Below are positions 19,779 to 30,011 of a DNA stretch of 64,000 nt, one piece after another. The notes under the pieces were generated by a model. The model had not been told where the DNA came from and did no database searches. It saw only the letters and a list, made by a program, of their open reading frames with translations. Source of the DNA: Candidatus Kapaibacterium sp. (GTDB lineage: Bacteria; Bacteroidota; Ignavibacteria; Kapaibacteriales; UBA2268); assembly GCA_963665665.1 (NCBI GenBank), contig OY762428.1, positions 1,248,001 through 1,312,000 of the forward strand, given 5' to 3'. The first letter of the stretch is position 1. Each line of letters starts with the position of its first letter. The position numbers and the translations under genes were made by a program.

Positions 19779-20192
19779 TCATTTCCGGGCGAATCCGGCA
19801 AGCTCTTTGATAGTAGTGGATTCAAAAATATTATCAATCTTTTTTTGAATGTGTCCCATCGGAGTTCTAATAGTGCAGTCTTCCACGCGCCCGCAGGAAT
19901 CTTTACCGTCCTTGAAGCACTGAACAATACCGATTCTCTGCTCAACTGCACGAATAATATCAGCAATGGAAATTTTTTCAGGTTTATCGCCAAGAATGTA
20001 TCCCCCGCGAATGCCCTGTAAAGATTCTACAAGGCCTTTCTTGTTTAATAATTGCATCGTTTTGGAAAGAAAATCGAATGATATATTCAATTTCTCGGAC
20101 ATCTCTTTCACTGAGGTTTTTGCCTCGTCTTTTTCGGCCATATATTGCAGGGCCAATATTGCGTATTCCACTTTTTTTGATAACCTGAACAT
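19779..20192 (-). CDS. Rrf2-family (IscR/SufR-like) regulator
   Basis: LSKKVEYA, S.QG.RGGY, three-Cys C-x7-C-x5-C motif; heads the suf operon. Confidence 0.9.
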   Translation of the reverse strand: MFRLSKKVEYAILALQYMAEKDEAKTSVKEMSEKLNISFDFLSKTMQLLNKKGLVESLQGIRGGYILGDKPEKISIADIIRAVEQRIGIVQCFKDGKDSCGRVEDCTIRTPMGHIQKKIDNIFESTTIKELAGFARK

Positions 20193-20796
20193 CTTGTTTC
20201 CCGTAATAAAATAAACTCATTTCACAAGACGGAAAACAAATAGGACTATTGCAATCTTATTTTAATTGATTTTTATAAATTATGCGTATGGCATTCAGCG
20301 CTAAAATAATGAATTTCCTTATATGTTCCATATATTAATATTTGTTCCAAAAATTGTTTCATTTATTGTGGTTGAGTTTTTTTTTAAATCCTGACAAGTA
20401 ATATAGTTATAAAAATAGAAATACTTGTGAAAAATATTTAAGAGTATTTATTTTTTTCTTGCTTTTTTATTTTCTTTTAATTAACTTTATTCAAATTCAT
20501 ATTTCGAATTGAAAACAGTGGAGTCAATGCTTTTATTAAGCCAATGCTTTTATTAAGCCAATATTATTGGAGGTTGAGATGAACAGAAGCCCGTAGCAGA
20601 AAATTATCCCTATGACAGCAATAATAAAAAGGCCGGGGAAAGCCCCGACCCCACATTGACTCTACGTTCCAGCCAAAGGAATATTATAGAGGACAATGTG
20701 CCTTGTTTTTCAGACGCTCTTGCGTTTGCTGTATTGCTTTGCAGTAAATGCAATGAAATTTTCAAAAAATGTAAAAATAATAAAATAGTGTGATAT

Positions 20797-21423
20797 ATGA
20801 AAAAGACTATATTTTTAGTATTTGCAGTATTAGTACTTTCGTTTAGTTTAAGTCAGGCGCAGGATCCTTGTGCGGCTTGTCTGGCGCCTAAAACATGCGG
20901 TATTGCAGATATCGGATCAATGATACCGGGTTGTCCTAATGCCAAAGCAGTTATTTGTTTTTATTGTGCTCCCACGCAGCCAATTATGAATGTAGAGGTT
21001 TTGGAAATATCCGGAATTTGTCCGGGATACGAAGATGCCTGTTGGGATGCTGTTTGGCCCTGGGTTTTGGAAAACCAGACAGAATTATGCGGCCAGGTAA
21101 ATTGTGAAAACGGTTCAAACCTTATAACTATAATAGAGCCACTTTGCTGGGACAAAATGTGGGACGGACAAACTATAACTTTAACACATAACTACTGGTC
21201 ATGTGATTTGCGCTGTGTAAAAGTTGTAGAATCATGCTACTGTACATGTACGCCTTCATGTTGGGTGCCTGATTGCGAATCACATATGGAACAAACAGTA
21301 ATAAGCGTCGAAGTTGTTGGAGCCGGTGAATGTGATGAACCTTCAAAACTTGCACAACCTGGAATTCCATGGACTGAAAGTGAAACTTGTATTTCTGTTG
21401 GAGAATGTAAAGCCGATGAATAA
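20797..21423 (+). CDS. Secreted cysteine-rich protein (about 21 Cys)
   Basis: Signal peptide ending SQA; no domain recognised. Confidence 0.8.
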   Translation: MKKTIFLVFAVLVLSFSLSQAQDPCAACLAPKTCGIADIGSMIPGCPNAKAVICFYCAPTQPIMNVEVLEISGICPGYEDACWDAVWPWVLENQTELCGQVNCENGSNLITIIEPLCWDKMWDGQTITLTHNYWSCDLRCVKVVESCYCTCTPSCWVPDCESHMEQTVISVEVVGAGECDEPSKLAQPGIPWTESETCISVGECKADE

Positions 21424-21437
21424 TTTGTAAAAAAAAC

Positions 21438-21466
21438 TCATCCGATCACTCTAAGTGATCGGATGA
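21438..21466. repeat. Perfect 29-bp palindrome TCATCCGATCACT-CTA-AGTGATCGGATGA
   Basis: Read directly; related copies at 1225, 23958, 45268 and a variant at 34224. Confidence 0.9.
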
Positions 21467-21498
21467 ATTATAAATATTATAAACCAGGGAAAAAAACT

Positions 21499-23940
21499 AT
21501 GAAAAAATATATTATTGTATTATTTGTTTTAGTAGTATTCAGCGCCCGAGCCGAAACCTTCAACCTGATGCCACTGAAAATTCATTATCTCGGGGCTGTT
21601 GGAGCGGGGGATAATATTATTTCTTACGGAACTAACGGGGCTTACCTGCTTTCGACTGATAAAGGGCAAAGCTGGGAGCAGCGAAGCCTGAATAATTTCG
21701 GGCAGATAAATCATATTATAAATTTTAAAGATACTCTATGGGGAGTGGTAAATAACGGCTATATTATCAGTTCAACTGATAATGGCTTGCATTGGAATGA
21801 ATATAATTTTTCGATTGATACTGCCGACAGGCTAATTAATATTATAGTAAATGATAACCATTTATTTATCCGCAGTCTTAAAAATATTTATCTCTTGGAT
21901 AAGAACAAACAAATAGTTAAAACTTACACCAATGACCTGATAGAAATTATGAAATATAATAACTGCATAATAAATGATTCATCAATATATTATGAAAACT
22001 ATTATGATTATTTTTTTGGTTTTCTAAACGACAATTTGGTAATTAATACAAAACCGGGAAATAACAATTTCATTGTTTTAGATAAAAGTCTATCAGTTAT
22101 TAAAACAATTAATCTTGAAGAAAATATCAAGGTTGGATCACCCTGGTATTACGATATATATAATATCTTTGAAGTATCAGGAGAGAATATATTCAATATA
22201 GGCGCGCAACTTTACCGGGTAAATGATGATTTTAGCTCATTCGAATATTTTTTTAAAGATAAAACATTCATGAATTTTAATGACAGCAATTATTATAAAC
22301 GCAGATATGTTAATCCTAATAGTTATTTCTCTTTCAACAATGAATTATATGCTTTACGCAATGAAGATGATACTATTACCTACAACGATAAGTTAATAAT
22401 AAAAAAACATTATTGTACTAAACAGGATACGTTTATTTCGTTTAATAACTATTTTATAGATAATTATGCAACAAAATATTTTCAAGCTGGCGGTTTCACC
22501 AATAGTGGTTTAGTAAATAATTTAATAAATAATGGCGTTCAATTAATTGAGGATTCCCTGGTTTTTTTGAATGGATTAAAAAAGGAAATCATTTTTACAA
22601 GCGACCTTGGCAAAAGCTGGAATTTGGTTTCATACCTGACTGGCGCTCCTGTCGCAATTATTAACGATTCCTCTTATATTTTTCACAATGATAAGAAATA
22701 TTCAAGAAGTAATTTCAACGAAATATGCAGAAGTAACGACTATGGCTCAACTTTCCTGCCTATGTATCAATGCGAAGACTGTTCTTATACTATTCGAGGA
22801 TTAACTTATCCGTCAGTATTCTATATTAATGAAGCAGGAGAAGGATTTCTTGCAGCATCAAAAGATCAATCAACCGATACAAATAATCTGGCGCTGTTGA
22901 CAGACGGGTGCAGTAAATATAAAATGATTACTCTTCCAAGAAGTTCTTATAACGCGACCAAAATTTATAAAGGGAGTAATGTGATTGATCTTGACGGGCA
23001 TTATATGTTTTCAACAAGCAGTATTCAAACCAGACCGGGATATATCCTATACTTCACTGATAAAAATTTTGAGAATTTCAGGTATATAACTTATGATTCT
23101 CTATTCTATGTTCATCATATTTTGGCGGAAGAATTTGAGAATTTCCTTATGTTTTGCTCCGTGAAAGAAGACAGGGATCATAACTTCTCAAGTTTCGAGG
23201 TTTACGAAACAAATGACAGCGGCAAAACCAAATCGTCTATTTGCAAAATTGATGATTCATTAGCTGTTAACCAGATATACGAGCTGAACAAGGATTCTGT
23301 TTTCTTTGCAGCTACATATCCCGCACGAATACTGATGTACGACAGGAAGCGCAATACATTCGATAATCTTTACGAAAACGCAGAACTGGACAGCATTTTC
23401 TTTATGGAACTTAGCGGGAATTTCTACATTCTCGGCGAGGAGCTTTTCCTTGAAAATACTGACAGAAACGACCTGACGAAATGGGAGGAAGCAGATTGGG
23501 ACTACGGACGGCCGTCATTTACATCAGTGATATTCAAGGGCAATGTGGCTCTCGTCGGGCTAAGTGACAGCCTGCGCCCCTTCAACTATTACCGCATGAT
23601 GACAGAAGAACACGCCCCGGTAGGGGTTGAAATACAAGCCGAGAAGCTTTACTACACTAATCATTTCTATGCAGGGAATCCATATCCCTTGCCGGGCCGC
23701 AACCTGATAAAAACATTTGTAACATATGACAAAAGCTTCGACCTTGAAGAATCAATATTAGGGGTTTACGATCTATCCGGCGAACAGGTACAAAACAAAG
23801 AACATATCGAAATAAATTGGCTGAACAAAGCCTCGGCTGAATTTATCTGGAACTGTTCGGCTGTTCCCTCGGGCATTTACTTCATCCTCGTCCGCCACAA
23901 CGGCATCACGGATAGTATTCCGATAGTAGTGGAGAAGTAG
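21499..23940 (+). CDS. Secreted Asp-box (BNR) beta-propeller protein with T9SS-type C-terminal domain
   Basis: Signal peptide, S-x-D-x-G-x-x-W repeats, NPYP..GVYDLSGE..SGIYFI..IVVEK. Confidence 0.8.
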   Translation: MKKYIIVLFVLVVFSARAETFNLMPLKIHYLGAVGAGDNIISYGTNGAYLLSTDKGQSWEQRSLNNFGQINHIINFKDTLWGVVNNGYIISSTDNGLHWNEYNFSIDTADRLINIIVNDNHLFIRSLKNIYLLDKNKQIVKTYTNDLIEIMKYNNCIINDSSIYYENYYDYFFGFLNDNLVINTKPGNNNFIVLDKSLSVIKTINLEENIKVGSPWYYDIYNIFEVSGENIFNIGAQLYRVNDDFSSFEYFFKDKTFMNFNDSNYYKRRYVNPNSYFSFNNELYALRNEDDTITYNDKLIIKKHYCTKQDTFISFNNYFIDNYATKYFQAGGFTNSGLVNNLINNGVQLIEDSLVFLNGLKKEIIFTSDLGKSWNLVSYLTGAPVAIINDSSYIFHNDKKYSRSNFNEICRSNDYGSTFLPMYQCEDCSYTIRGLTYPSVFYINEAGEGFLAASKDQSTDTNNLALLTDGCSKYKMITLPRSSYNATKIYKGSNVIDLDGHYMFSTSSIQTRPGYILYFTDKNFENFRYITYDSLFYVHHILAEEFENFLMFCSVKEDRDHNFSSFEVYETNDSGKTKSSICKIDDSLAVNQIYELNKDSVFFAATYPARILMYDRKRNTFDNLYENAELDSIFFMELSGNFYILGEELFLENTDRNDLTKWEEADWDYGRPSFTSVIFKGNVALVGLSDSLRPFNYYRMMTEEHAPVGVEIQAEKLYYTNHFYAGNPYPLPGRNLIKTFVTYDKSFDLEESILGVYDLSGEQVQNKEHIEINWLNKASAEFIWNCSAVPSGIYFILVRHNGITDSIPIVVEK

Positions 23941-23957
23941 AAAGAGAATGAAACAAC

Positions 23958-23986
23958 TCATCCGACCACTTGAAGTGATCGGATGA
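23958..23986. repeat. 29-bp palindrome TCATCCG-N15-CGGATGA between convergent genes
   Basis: Near-identical to 21438-21466. Confidence 0.88.
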
Positions 23987-24001
23987 ATATTATCAGTTAG
24001 T

Positions 24002-26056
24002 TTACTTTTCAATTCTGATCCTGGCATCCACGGCAGTTACTTTATCTTTTGTGCCGAGGAGCGGGTTCAGGTCAAGCTCCATAATTTCAGGAGCAGCTTT
24101 CAGCAGGGCAGAAAGCTGTACGATGATATCTGCAAATTTATCCTCGTTAACGCCTTCCTGACCGCGAACACCTTTTATAAGGCCATAAGCTTTGATATTG
24201 CGTATCATATAAAGGGCCTCTTCCTTGCCAAGCGGTGCAAGGCCGGGCATAACGTCTTTCAGTACTTCAATAAATATCCCGCCAAGGCCGCTCAGCACTA
24301 AGTGTCCGAAATCTTTCTCGTGGTTAGCTCCAACAAAAAGTTCCCTGCCTTTAAGCATTGGTTGCAGCAGAACGCCTTCAGCTCCTTCAATTTCCATCAT
24401 TCTTGAATAAGCACCGAGTACTGCTCCTTCACTGTTCAGATTCAGTTCCACACCACCAACATCGGATTTGTGAACCGGGCCAACAACTTTCATTACAAGT
24501 GGAAAGCCAATTTCATGAGCAGCATCAAGAACTTCTATCTTGTTGGAAGCCGTAAGCTCTTTTGCCCTTGAAATACCCGCAGCATCAAGCAAAGCCTGAA
24601 TCTTTTCGGGCTGCAGGTAGCCATCCCCGGAATTTTCAATAATATTTCTTATACTTTCATTGTCAACTTTTGGAAGCTCTGTATCCTCAGCCGGTTTCGG
24701 TGTGTGGTATATTTTTGTCAGAGCACGTCCCATATCCACTTCGTCAGGAATATTGGTGCCCCCAAGGTCAAGGAAATGATCAGTTGCTTCTTTGGCTTCA
24801 ACAATCGAAGGCAGCACGGGATAAATTGGTTTTTTACATGTATTTATCTTTTCCCATAATACGTCGTAAACCGGGCTTACATCAAACATTCCGGGAGTAC
24901 CGAAGATCACAACAGAAGCATCAATATTATCGAATTTATCATCTACGAAATCAAGAATTATTCCAAGCTGTTCGGCATTTCCGGTAGCAAGAAAATCAAT
25001 GGGATTAGCCACTGAAGAACCATGGTATAGTTTCTCAAGTAGTTCCTCTGCTGCCGGGCCCTGAATGTGCGGCACTTCCAAACCACCCTTGGACAAAGCA
25101 TCTGTAAGCATAACACCAGGCCCGCCGGCATGGGTAATAACTGCAATGCGTTTTCCTGTAAGTTCCTTGTATTGGAATACTGCGGCTACCTGAAGGAGTT
25201 CATTCCTGGAATAGCAGCGAACAATCCCTGCCTTGCGAAATAGTGCATCAACGGCAACATCGCTTCCGGCAAGAGCCCCTGTATGAGAAGAAACAGCCCT
25301 TGAACCGGCATCTGTTGTTCCGGATTTCAGCGCGGCAATACGGCAGCCCTTCCGTATGAGTGACCTGGTATGTTTCAGGAATGCTTCAGGATTGTGAATT
25401 TGTTCAATATATATAATTTTTGTTTTTGAACTTGTTTCGGGGTCAAAAGTTTCGTCCCAGTATTTGATTACTTCTTCAACCCCTATCTGAGCGCTGTTCC
25501 CTACGGAATACAAAGAAGCGAATTTCAGGCCGTTAGGTATGGCTGCTTCAAGAATAAAGCAGGCTGTTGCCCCTGAACCAGTCACAAAATCACATCCTTT
25601 GGGGTCAAGTTTGGGTATTGGGCCTGCAAAAGTACCTTTGTATGCCGGAGTAAGAACACCTATACAATTAGGCCCTATCAAGGATCCGTTAACATCATTA
25701 ACTATCGAAACCATCCTGTCCTCAAGCTCTTTTCCGGCCGGGCTGGTTTCGCTAAAACCTGCAGACAATACAATAAAAGCCTTGGTGCCTTTGTTCCTGG
25801 CAAGGTATTCCATCGTATCCGGAATATATTTTGCAGCAATAGCAATAATTGCAAGGTCTGCCTGTTCAATACCTTCAGGAGTTTTAGCACAGGGTATTCC
25901 CTGTACTTCTGTTTCCTTGGGATTGATAGCCGAAACCTTACCTGCAAAACCACCGTCAAGAATATTTTTCAGGGCTTTTCCGCCCGGTTTTTCAACATCA
26001 TTGGAAGCTCCTACCACAACAATGCTTCCTGGTTCAAGCAATTCCTTTACTATCAT
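24002..26056 (-). CDS. ADP-forming acetate/acyl-CoA ligase (fused CoA-binding + ATP-grasp)
   Basis: IVVVGASN, LIGPNC, SHTGALAG, NPIDF, HKSDVGGV, LDLNPL..VDARI. Confidence 0.9.
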   Translation of the reverse strand: MIVKELLEPGSIVVVGASNDVEKPGGKALKNILDGGFAGKVSAINPKETEVQGIPCAKTPEGIEQADLAIIAIAAKYIPDTMEYLARNKGTKAFIVLSAGFSETSPAGKELEDRMVSIVNDVNGSLIGPNCIGVLTPAYKGTFAGPIPKLDPKGCDFVTGSGATACFILEAAIPNGLKFASLYSVGNSAQIGVEEVIKYWDETFDPETSSKTKIIYIEQIHNPEAFLKHTRSLIRKGCRIAALKSGTTDAGSRAVSSHTGALAGSDVAVDALFRKAGIVRCYSRNELLQVAAVFQYKELTGKRIAVITHAGGPGVMLTDALSKGGLEVPHIQGPAAEELLEKLYHGSSVANPIDFLATGNAEQLGIILDFVDDKFDNIDASVVIFGTPGMFDVSPVYDVLWEKINTCKKPIYPVLPSIVEAKEATDHFLDLGGTNIPDEVDMGRALTKIYHTPKPAEDTELPKVDNESIRNIIENSGDGYLQPEKIQALLDAAGISRAKELTASNKIEVLDAAHEIGFPLVMKVVGPVHKSDVGGVELNLNSEGAVLGAYSRMMEIEGAEGVLLQPMLKGRELFVGANHEKDFGHLVLSGLGGIFIEVLKDVMPGLAPLGKEEALYMIRNIKAYGLIKGVRGQEGVNEDKFADIIVQLSALLKAAPEIMELDLNPLLGTKDKVTAVDARIRIEK

Positions 26057-26348
26057 TTCTCTTCCGATCTATTATCATTCAACAAATAATTTTTCCGGAC
26101 TTGTTTATCAAAAGCAAACAAAACAAGACTTATAAAGATAAGAAATTTGCTGCTTTTTGGGAAGGTATTTGAAGGTTTTTCAGGATTATGATTTTGGAAA
26201 ATTTTTATCAATGAGCATAAAACACAATTTTTATTAACCGCTAACCGTGTTTATTAATAATAGCGATGATTGTTGAAAGATTAATTTTGTTATTATTGAA
26301 AAACAATGGTAATTTTAATTTAGGAAATTAGATGTAATTTAATACGGT

Positions 26349-27794
26349 TTGCAGATGAGTTTAACAGGATACGATAATGATGCGGGAAAAAATGAATCTT
26401 TTGACGATATGGAAGAAAAGCTCAGGAGGTTCAGGAAAGAACTGAAAAAGAAAGATCCGGAAGATATTGAACTTCCGGGGCTTGATATGGTAGAGGGGCT
26501 GGTTCAATATTGCATCGATAAAGAAAAATTCGACGATGCCTTTAACTTTTGCAAACTCTGGCTTGAATACATCCCGTTTTCAGCCGAAGCTCTTCAAAAA
26601 ATGGGCCTTATTCTTACAAACCTTGAAGAATATTCTGTTGCCCTGGATTATTACGACCAGGCATTGAACTATAATCCTACCGACGTGGAAACCCTGATAA
26701 ACAAAGCTACCACTCTGGATCAGGCAACAAGATCAACAGAAGCCCTGGTAGTTATCAACCAGGCTTTAAGCTATGACCCGTCAAATTTTGATGCTTTACT
26801 ACAAAAAGGAATTATTCTGGAGGCTCTGGACAACTTTGATGAAGCTATTCAGATTTTCGAATATATTTCAGGTGACAGTTCATACAGAAAAACTGCCTAT
26901 CAGGAAATTGCATATAGCTTCAACAACAACCGAAAATTCTCCAAAGCAGCTGAATATTACAAAAAAGCAATCGACGAAGAGCCATTTGATTCGAATCTGT
27001 GGCATAATCTTGGGGCTGTTTATAACGAGATGAAGCAATATTACAAAGCTATTGAATGTTATGATATGGCTATTGCTATCAGGGATGAATTTTTTCTGGC
27101 CCATTACAACAAAGCAAATGCCTACTCATTACTCGGCAGGATGGGTGATTCGCAAATTGCTTATGAACGTGCCCTGGAAATAAAACCGGATGATGTGGAT
27201 GCCCTTACTAACTATGCCGGAGTTCTTGGGGATACCGGAAATTACAATAATGCCATAAGATTCTTTTCTCTTGCTATTGATTATGATCCTGCAAGATTTC
27301 AGGCATATTTCGGCAGAGCTATATGCCACGATGCCCTTGAGGATTTCCCGAAGGCTATCAAAGATTACAAGGCTGCACTTCACCTTAGCCCCATGCAGAT
27401 TGATATATGGTATGCATTGGCAGATGCACTTTATAATTATGACAAACCCGAAGATGCGCTGTTTTGCTATAAAAAAGTAATTGAACTGAAACCAAACAAT
27501 GTTGAAGCTCTTTATGATTACGCATCAACATTATATGAAATAAACCGCACTGAAGATTCAATTTCGATTTTCCGCCAGATAATTGAACTGTCACCTAATT
27601 GGGCAGAAGGGTATTACTGCCTTGCCCGCTCACTCGCTAAGGAAGGTATGTTCGATGAGTCATTAAGATTTATGGTTGAAGCTATTAAGCTTGAACCCGA
27701 AAAGATCAACGAATTCAGGGTTGATTTTAGTGAAATTCTTGACCGCCGCGAAATGACAATAATGGAGAATGCCATAAAACCGGTTGATGAGTAG
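26349..27794 (+). CDS. Tetratricopeptide repeat protein
   Basis: Many 34-aa TPR units; start TTG 26349 or ATG 26355. Confidence 0.9.
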   Translation: MQMSLTGYDNDAGKNESFDDMEEKLRRFRKELKKKDPEDIELPGLDMVEGLVQYCIDKEKFDDAFNFCKLWLEYIPFSAEALQKMGLILTNLEEYSVALDYYDQALNYNPTDVETLINKATTLDQATRSTEALVVINQALSYDPSNFDALLQKGIILEALDNFDEAIQIFEYISGDSSYRKTAYQEIAYSFNNNRKFSKAAEYYKKAIDEEPFDSNLWHNLGAVYNEMKQYYKAIECYDMAIAIRDEFFLAHYNKANAYSLLGRMGDSQIAYERALEIKPDDVDALTNYAGVLGDTGNYNNAIRFFSLAIDYDPARFQAYFGRAICHDALEDFPKAIKDYKAALHLSPMQIDIWYALADALYNYDKPEDALFCYKKVIELKPNNVEALYDYASTLYEINRTEDSISIFRQIIELSPNWAEGYYCLARSLAKEGMFDESLRFMVEAIKLEPEKINEFRVDFSEILDRREMTIMENAIKPVDE

Positions 27795-28137
27795 GAATAT
27801 TAAATCCGGTTGGCAATCCAGGTTTTATCACTCAATATTTGTTTGTATAAAACTAAATTTATCAGATTACACAGTTCTGTTTTAATTATTGCAATTGCCT
27901 GTACTGCATTTATTGCCCGGAAATTGTTATTAAAATCCTTGGGATGATGCAATTTTTCTTTCAATGATTATTATTCAACTATTATTCTTATTTTTGAGAG
28001 ATGTTTTATCTGATAAATTTGGATAAAATTAAAAAAAGGGGTTAATGTATTTTTAGTTTTGTGGATTCATCACGCTATTCAAATATATTGGCGTTACGAA
28101 CGACAAAGTAAATATAGTTTGTAATCAGAGAGTTATT

Positions 28138-28917
28138 ATGAATTTAAAAGTTTTATTTTTTGCATTAATTATTGCCTTTACCGGCACTGCACAATCCCTT
28201 ATTGCCAATGATATTAATAAAAATGACAGCCTGAACAAAAATTTTTTGGAAAAAAAACCTTCTTTCAAAGCTATTGACCTGATAAAGGGGGATACAACCC
28301 TTCCGGATACAAGCTCCAAACCCGGGCCCCTTATGCCGGGTGGCCCAAAAATACACTACAATCCGTTACAGGACAGTGCATATTTCAGGGATTTATCAAT
28401 AAAAATTCCTGTAACCACCAGGCTTAACAATGATATGAAGAGATTTCTTGCTGAACGTGAAGCCAGGGTGGAACTATTAGAAGGCACTCCATGGAGATTT
28501 GCAGTAAAGAATATCGAAGAAATACCGAGAAAACTATTAGAGCCGTCTCCTGAAGAAATGGTTCAGTATCAGATAAATATCCGGCGCGGAATGGCGGCGC
28601 CGGGAGTGCAGAACCTGATGAATTCCGGGCTTAGCGTTCCGGTTGGCATGGTAGCAACCTTACTGGGCATAACCGAAGATGTCTCGCCCGAAATAAAATA
28701 CCAGCTGGAATATCCGGCTGATGTGAAGATAACGATTTACTCAGTAAATGCCAAAGCCATCGCTGTAATATTCGACGGGAAACAGATTCCCGGCAATTAC
28801 AAGATAACCTGGAATTTCCGCGATGATAATGGCAGGAAAGTTGCTGCGGGAGATTATGTAGGCGAAGTAAAAATCGGTAAGGACAAATATGTCCGTAAAA
28901 GGATTGTTAAACCCTAA
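28138..28917 (+). CDS. Exported protein with C-terminal FlgD Ig-like domain
   Basis: Signal peptide; V.ITIYS..PGNYKITWN.RDDNGRKVAAGDY. Confidence 0.75.
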   Translation: MNLKVLFFALIIAFTGTAQSLIANDINKNDSLNKNFLEKKPSFKAIDLIKGDTTLPDTSSKPGPLMPGGPKIHYNPLQDSAYFRDLSIKIPVTTRLNNDMKRFLAEREARVELLEGTPWRFAVKNIEEIPRKLLEPSPEEMVQYQINIRRGMAAPGVQNLMNSGLSVPVGMVATLLGITEDVSPEIKYQLEYPADVKITIYSVNAKAIAVIFDGKQIPGNYKITWNFRDDNGRKVAAGDYVGEVKIGKDKYVRKRIVKP

Positions 28918-28950
28918 ATTACAGGTGATAAAATTAAAACAACAATAGCG

Positions 28951-29877
28951 TTGGCAATGATAGTAAAAAATGGTGGTGACTACCTGAGAAACGCAATCAA
29001 GTCAGTCAGCTCATTTTGCAGCCAGATAGTTGTTGTTGATACAGGCTCCGTTGATGACAGCCCTGCCGTAGCATCATCCGAAGGGGCGGAGTTGTATTTC
29101 TATCGTTGGAACGACGATTTTTCTGCTGCCAGAAATTACGCTATCTCTATGGTTCGAACTGAATGGATTATCATCATTGATGCAGATGAAGAATTTACAG
29201 GCAGCTTTAAAAATATTTACCCTCTTTTAAATAATAATTCCATTGGCGGAATTAATCTTCCGATATTGAATATTCTTGATGAAAAACATACCCGGAAAAC
29301 TCATAGATATACCCGTATTTTCAGAAACAGGAATGAAATCAGGTTTAATGGAATTATTCATGAACAGGTCAGGCCATCGATAGAAGAGGCCGGACTTGCT
29401 ATTAGCGAATCTGATGAAGAAATAGTTCATCACGGTTACAACATAAAATCCACAGACCGGACAGACCGAAATATCAGAATGCTGAATACTGAGCTAAAAA
29501 ATAAGCCTGACGACCATTTCTCTATATTCCATCTTGCACAGGCTGAGTTTGCGGCAGGAAATACAGACCAGGCGTATGAACATTTCAATCATATATTTGA
29601 TTCGAGTGAATTGTCAATACCACAGAACGAGATGGTGAAACTACGCATGGCCCAAATCAACCTTAATAAGAATAACATAGGCAATGTTCGGCATCTTTTG
29701 GATTTTGTCAGCTGCGATATCAATATTGAAGGCTTCCGAAAATATATTCTCGGGGCGGCAGCCCTTAGCCTCGGAGAAATGGATATTGCCAGAGAAATGT
29801 ATAATGCCGCTGAAGTTATTCAGAGTGAACTTACTGATAAAAATATACTTAGCAAAGTAATGTCAATCATTGACTAA
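28951..29877 (+). CDS. Family 2 glycosyltransferase with TPR-like tail
   Basis: MIVKN, VVDTGSVD, WNDDFSAARN, IDADE, IHE, HHGY. Confidence 0.88.
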   Translation: MAMIVKNGGDYLRNAIKSVSSFCSQIVVVDTGSVDDSPAVASSEGAELYFYRWNDDFSAARNYAISMVRTEWIIIIDADEEFTGSFKNIYPLLNNNSIGGINLPILNILDEKHTRKTHRYTRIFRNRNEIRFNGIIHEQVRPSIEEAGLAISESDEEIVHHGYNIKSTDRTDRNIRMLNTELKNKPDDHFSIFHLAQAEFAAGNTDQAYEHFNHIFDSSELSIPQNEMVKLRMAQINLNKNNIGNVRHLLDFVSCDINIEGFRKYILGAAALSLGEMDIAREMYNAAEVIQSELTDKNILSKVMSIID

Positions 29878-30011
29878 TGCCTCGCCCCATATCGGATTTT
29901 TCAGGCCAGATAATTATAATTATATTTGAATAAATGGGTAAATACAATTTTTTATTTTGTTGATTGTTTTTATCCATGAAAAAACGAAATTGATATAAAC
30001 GGAGCAAATAA

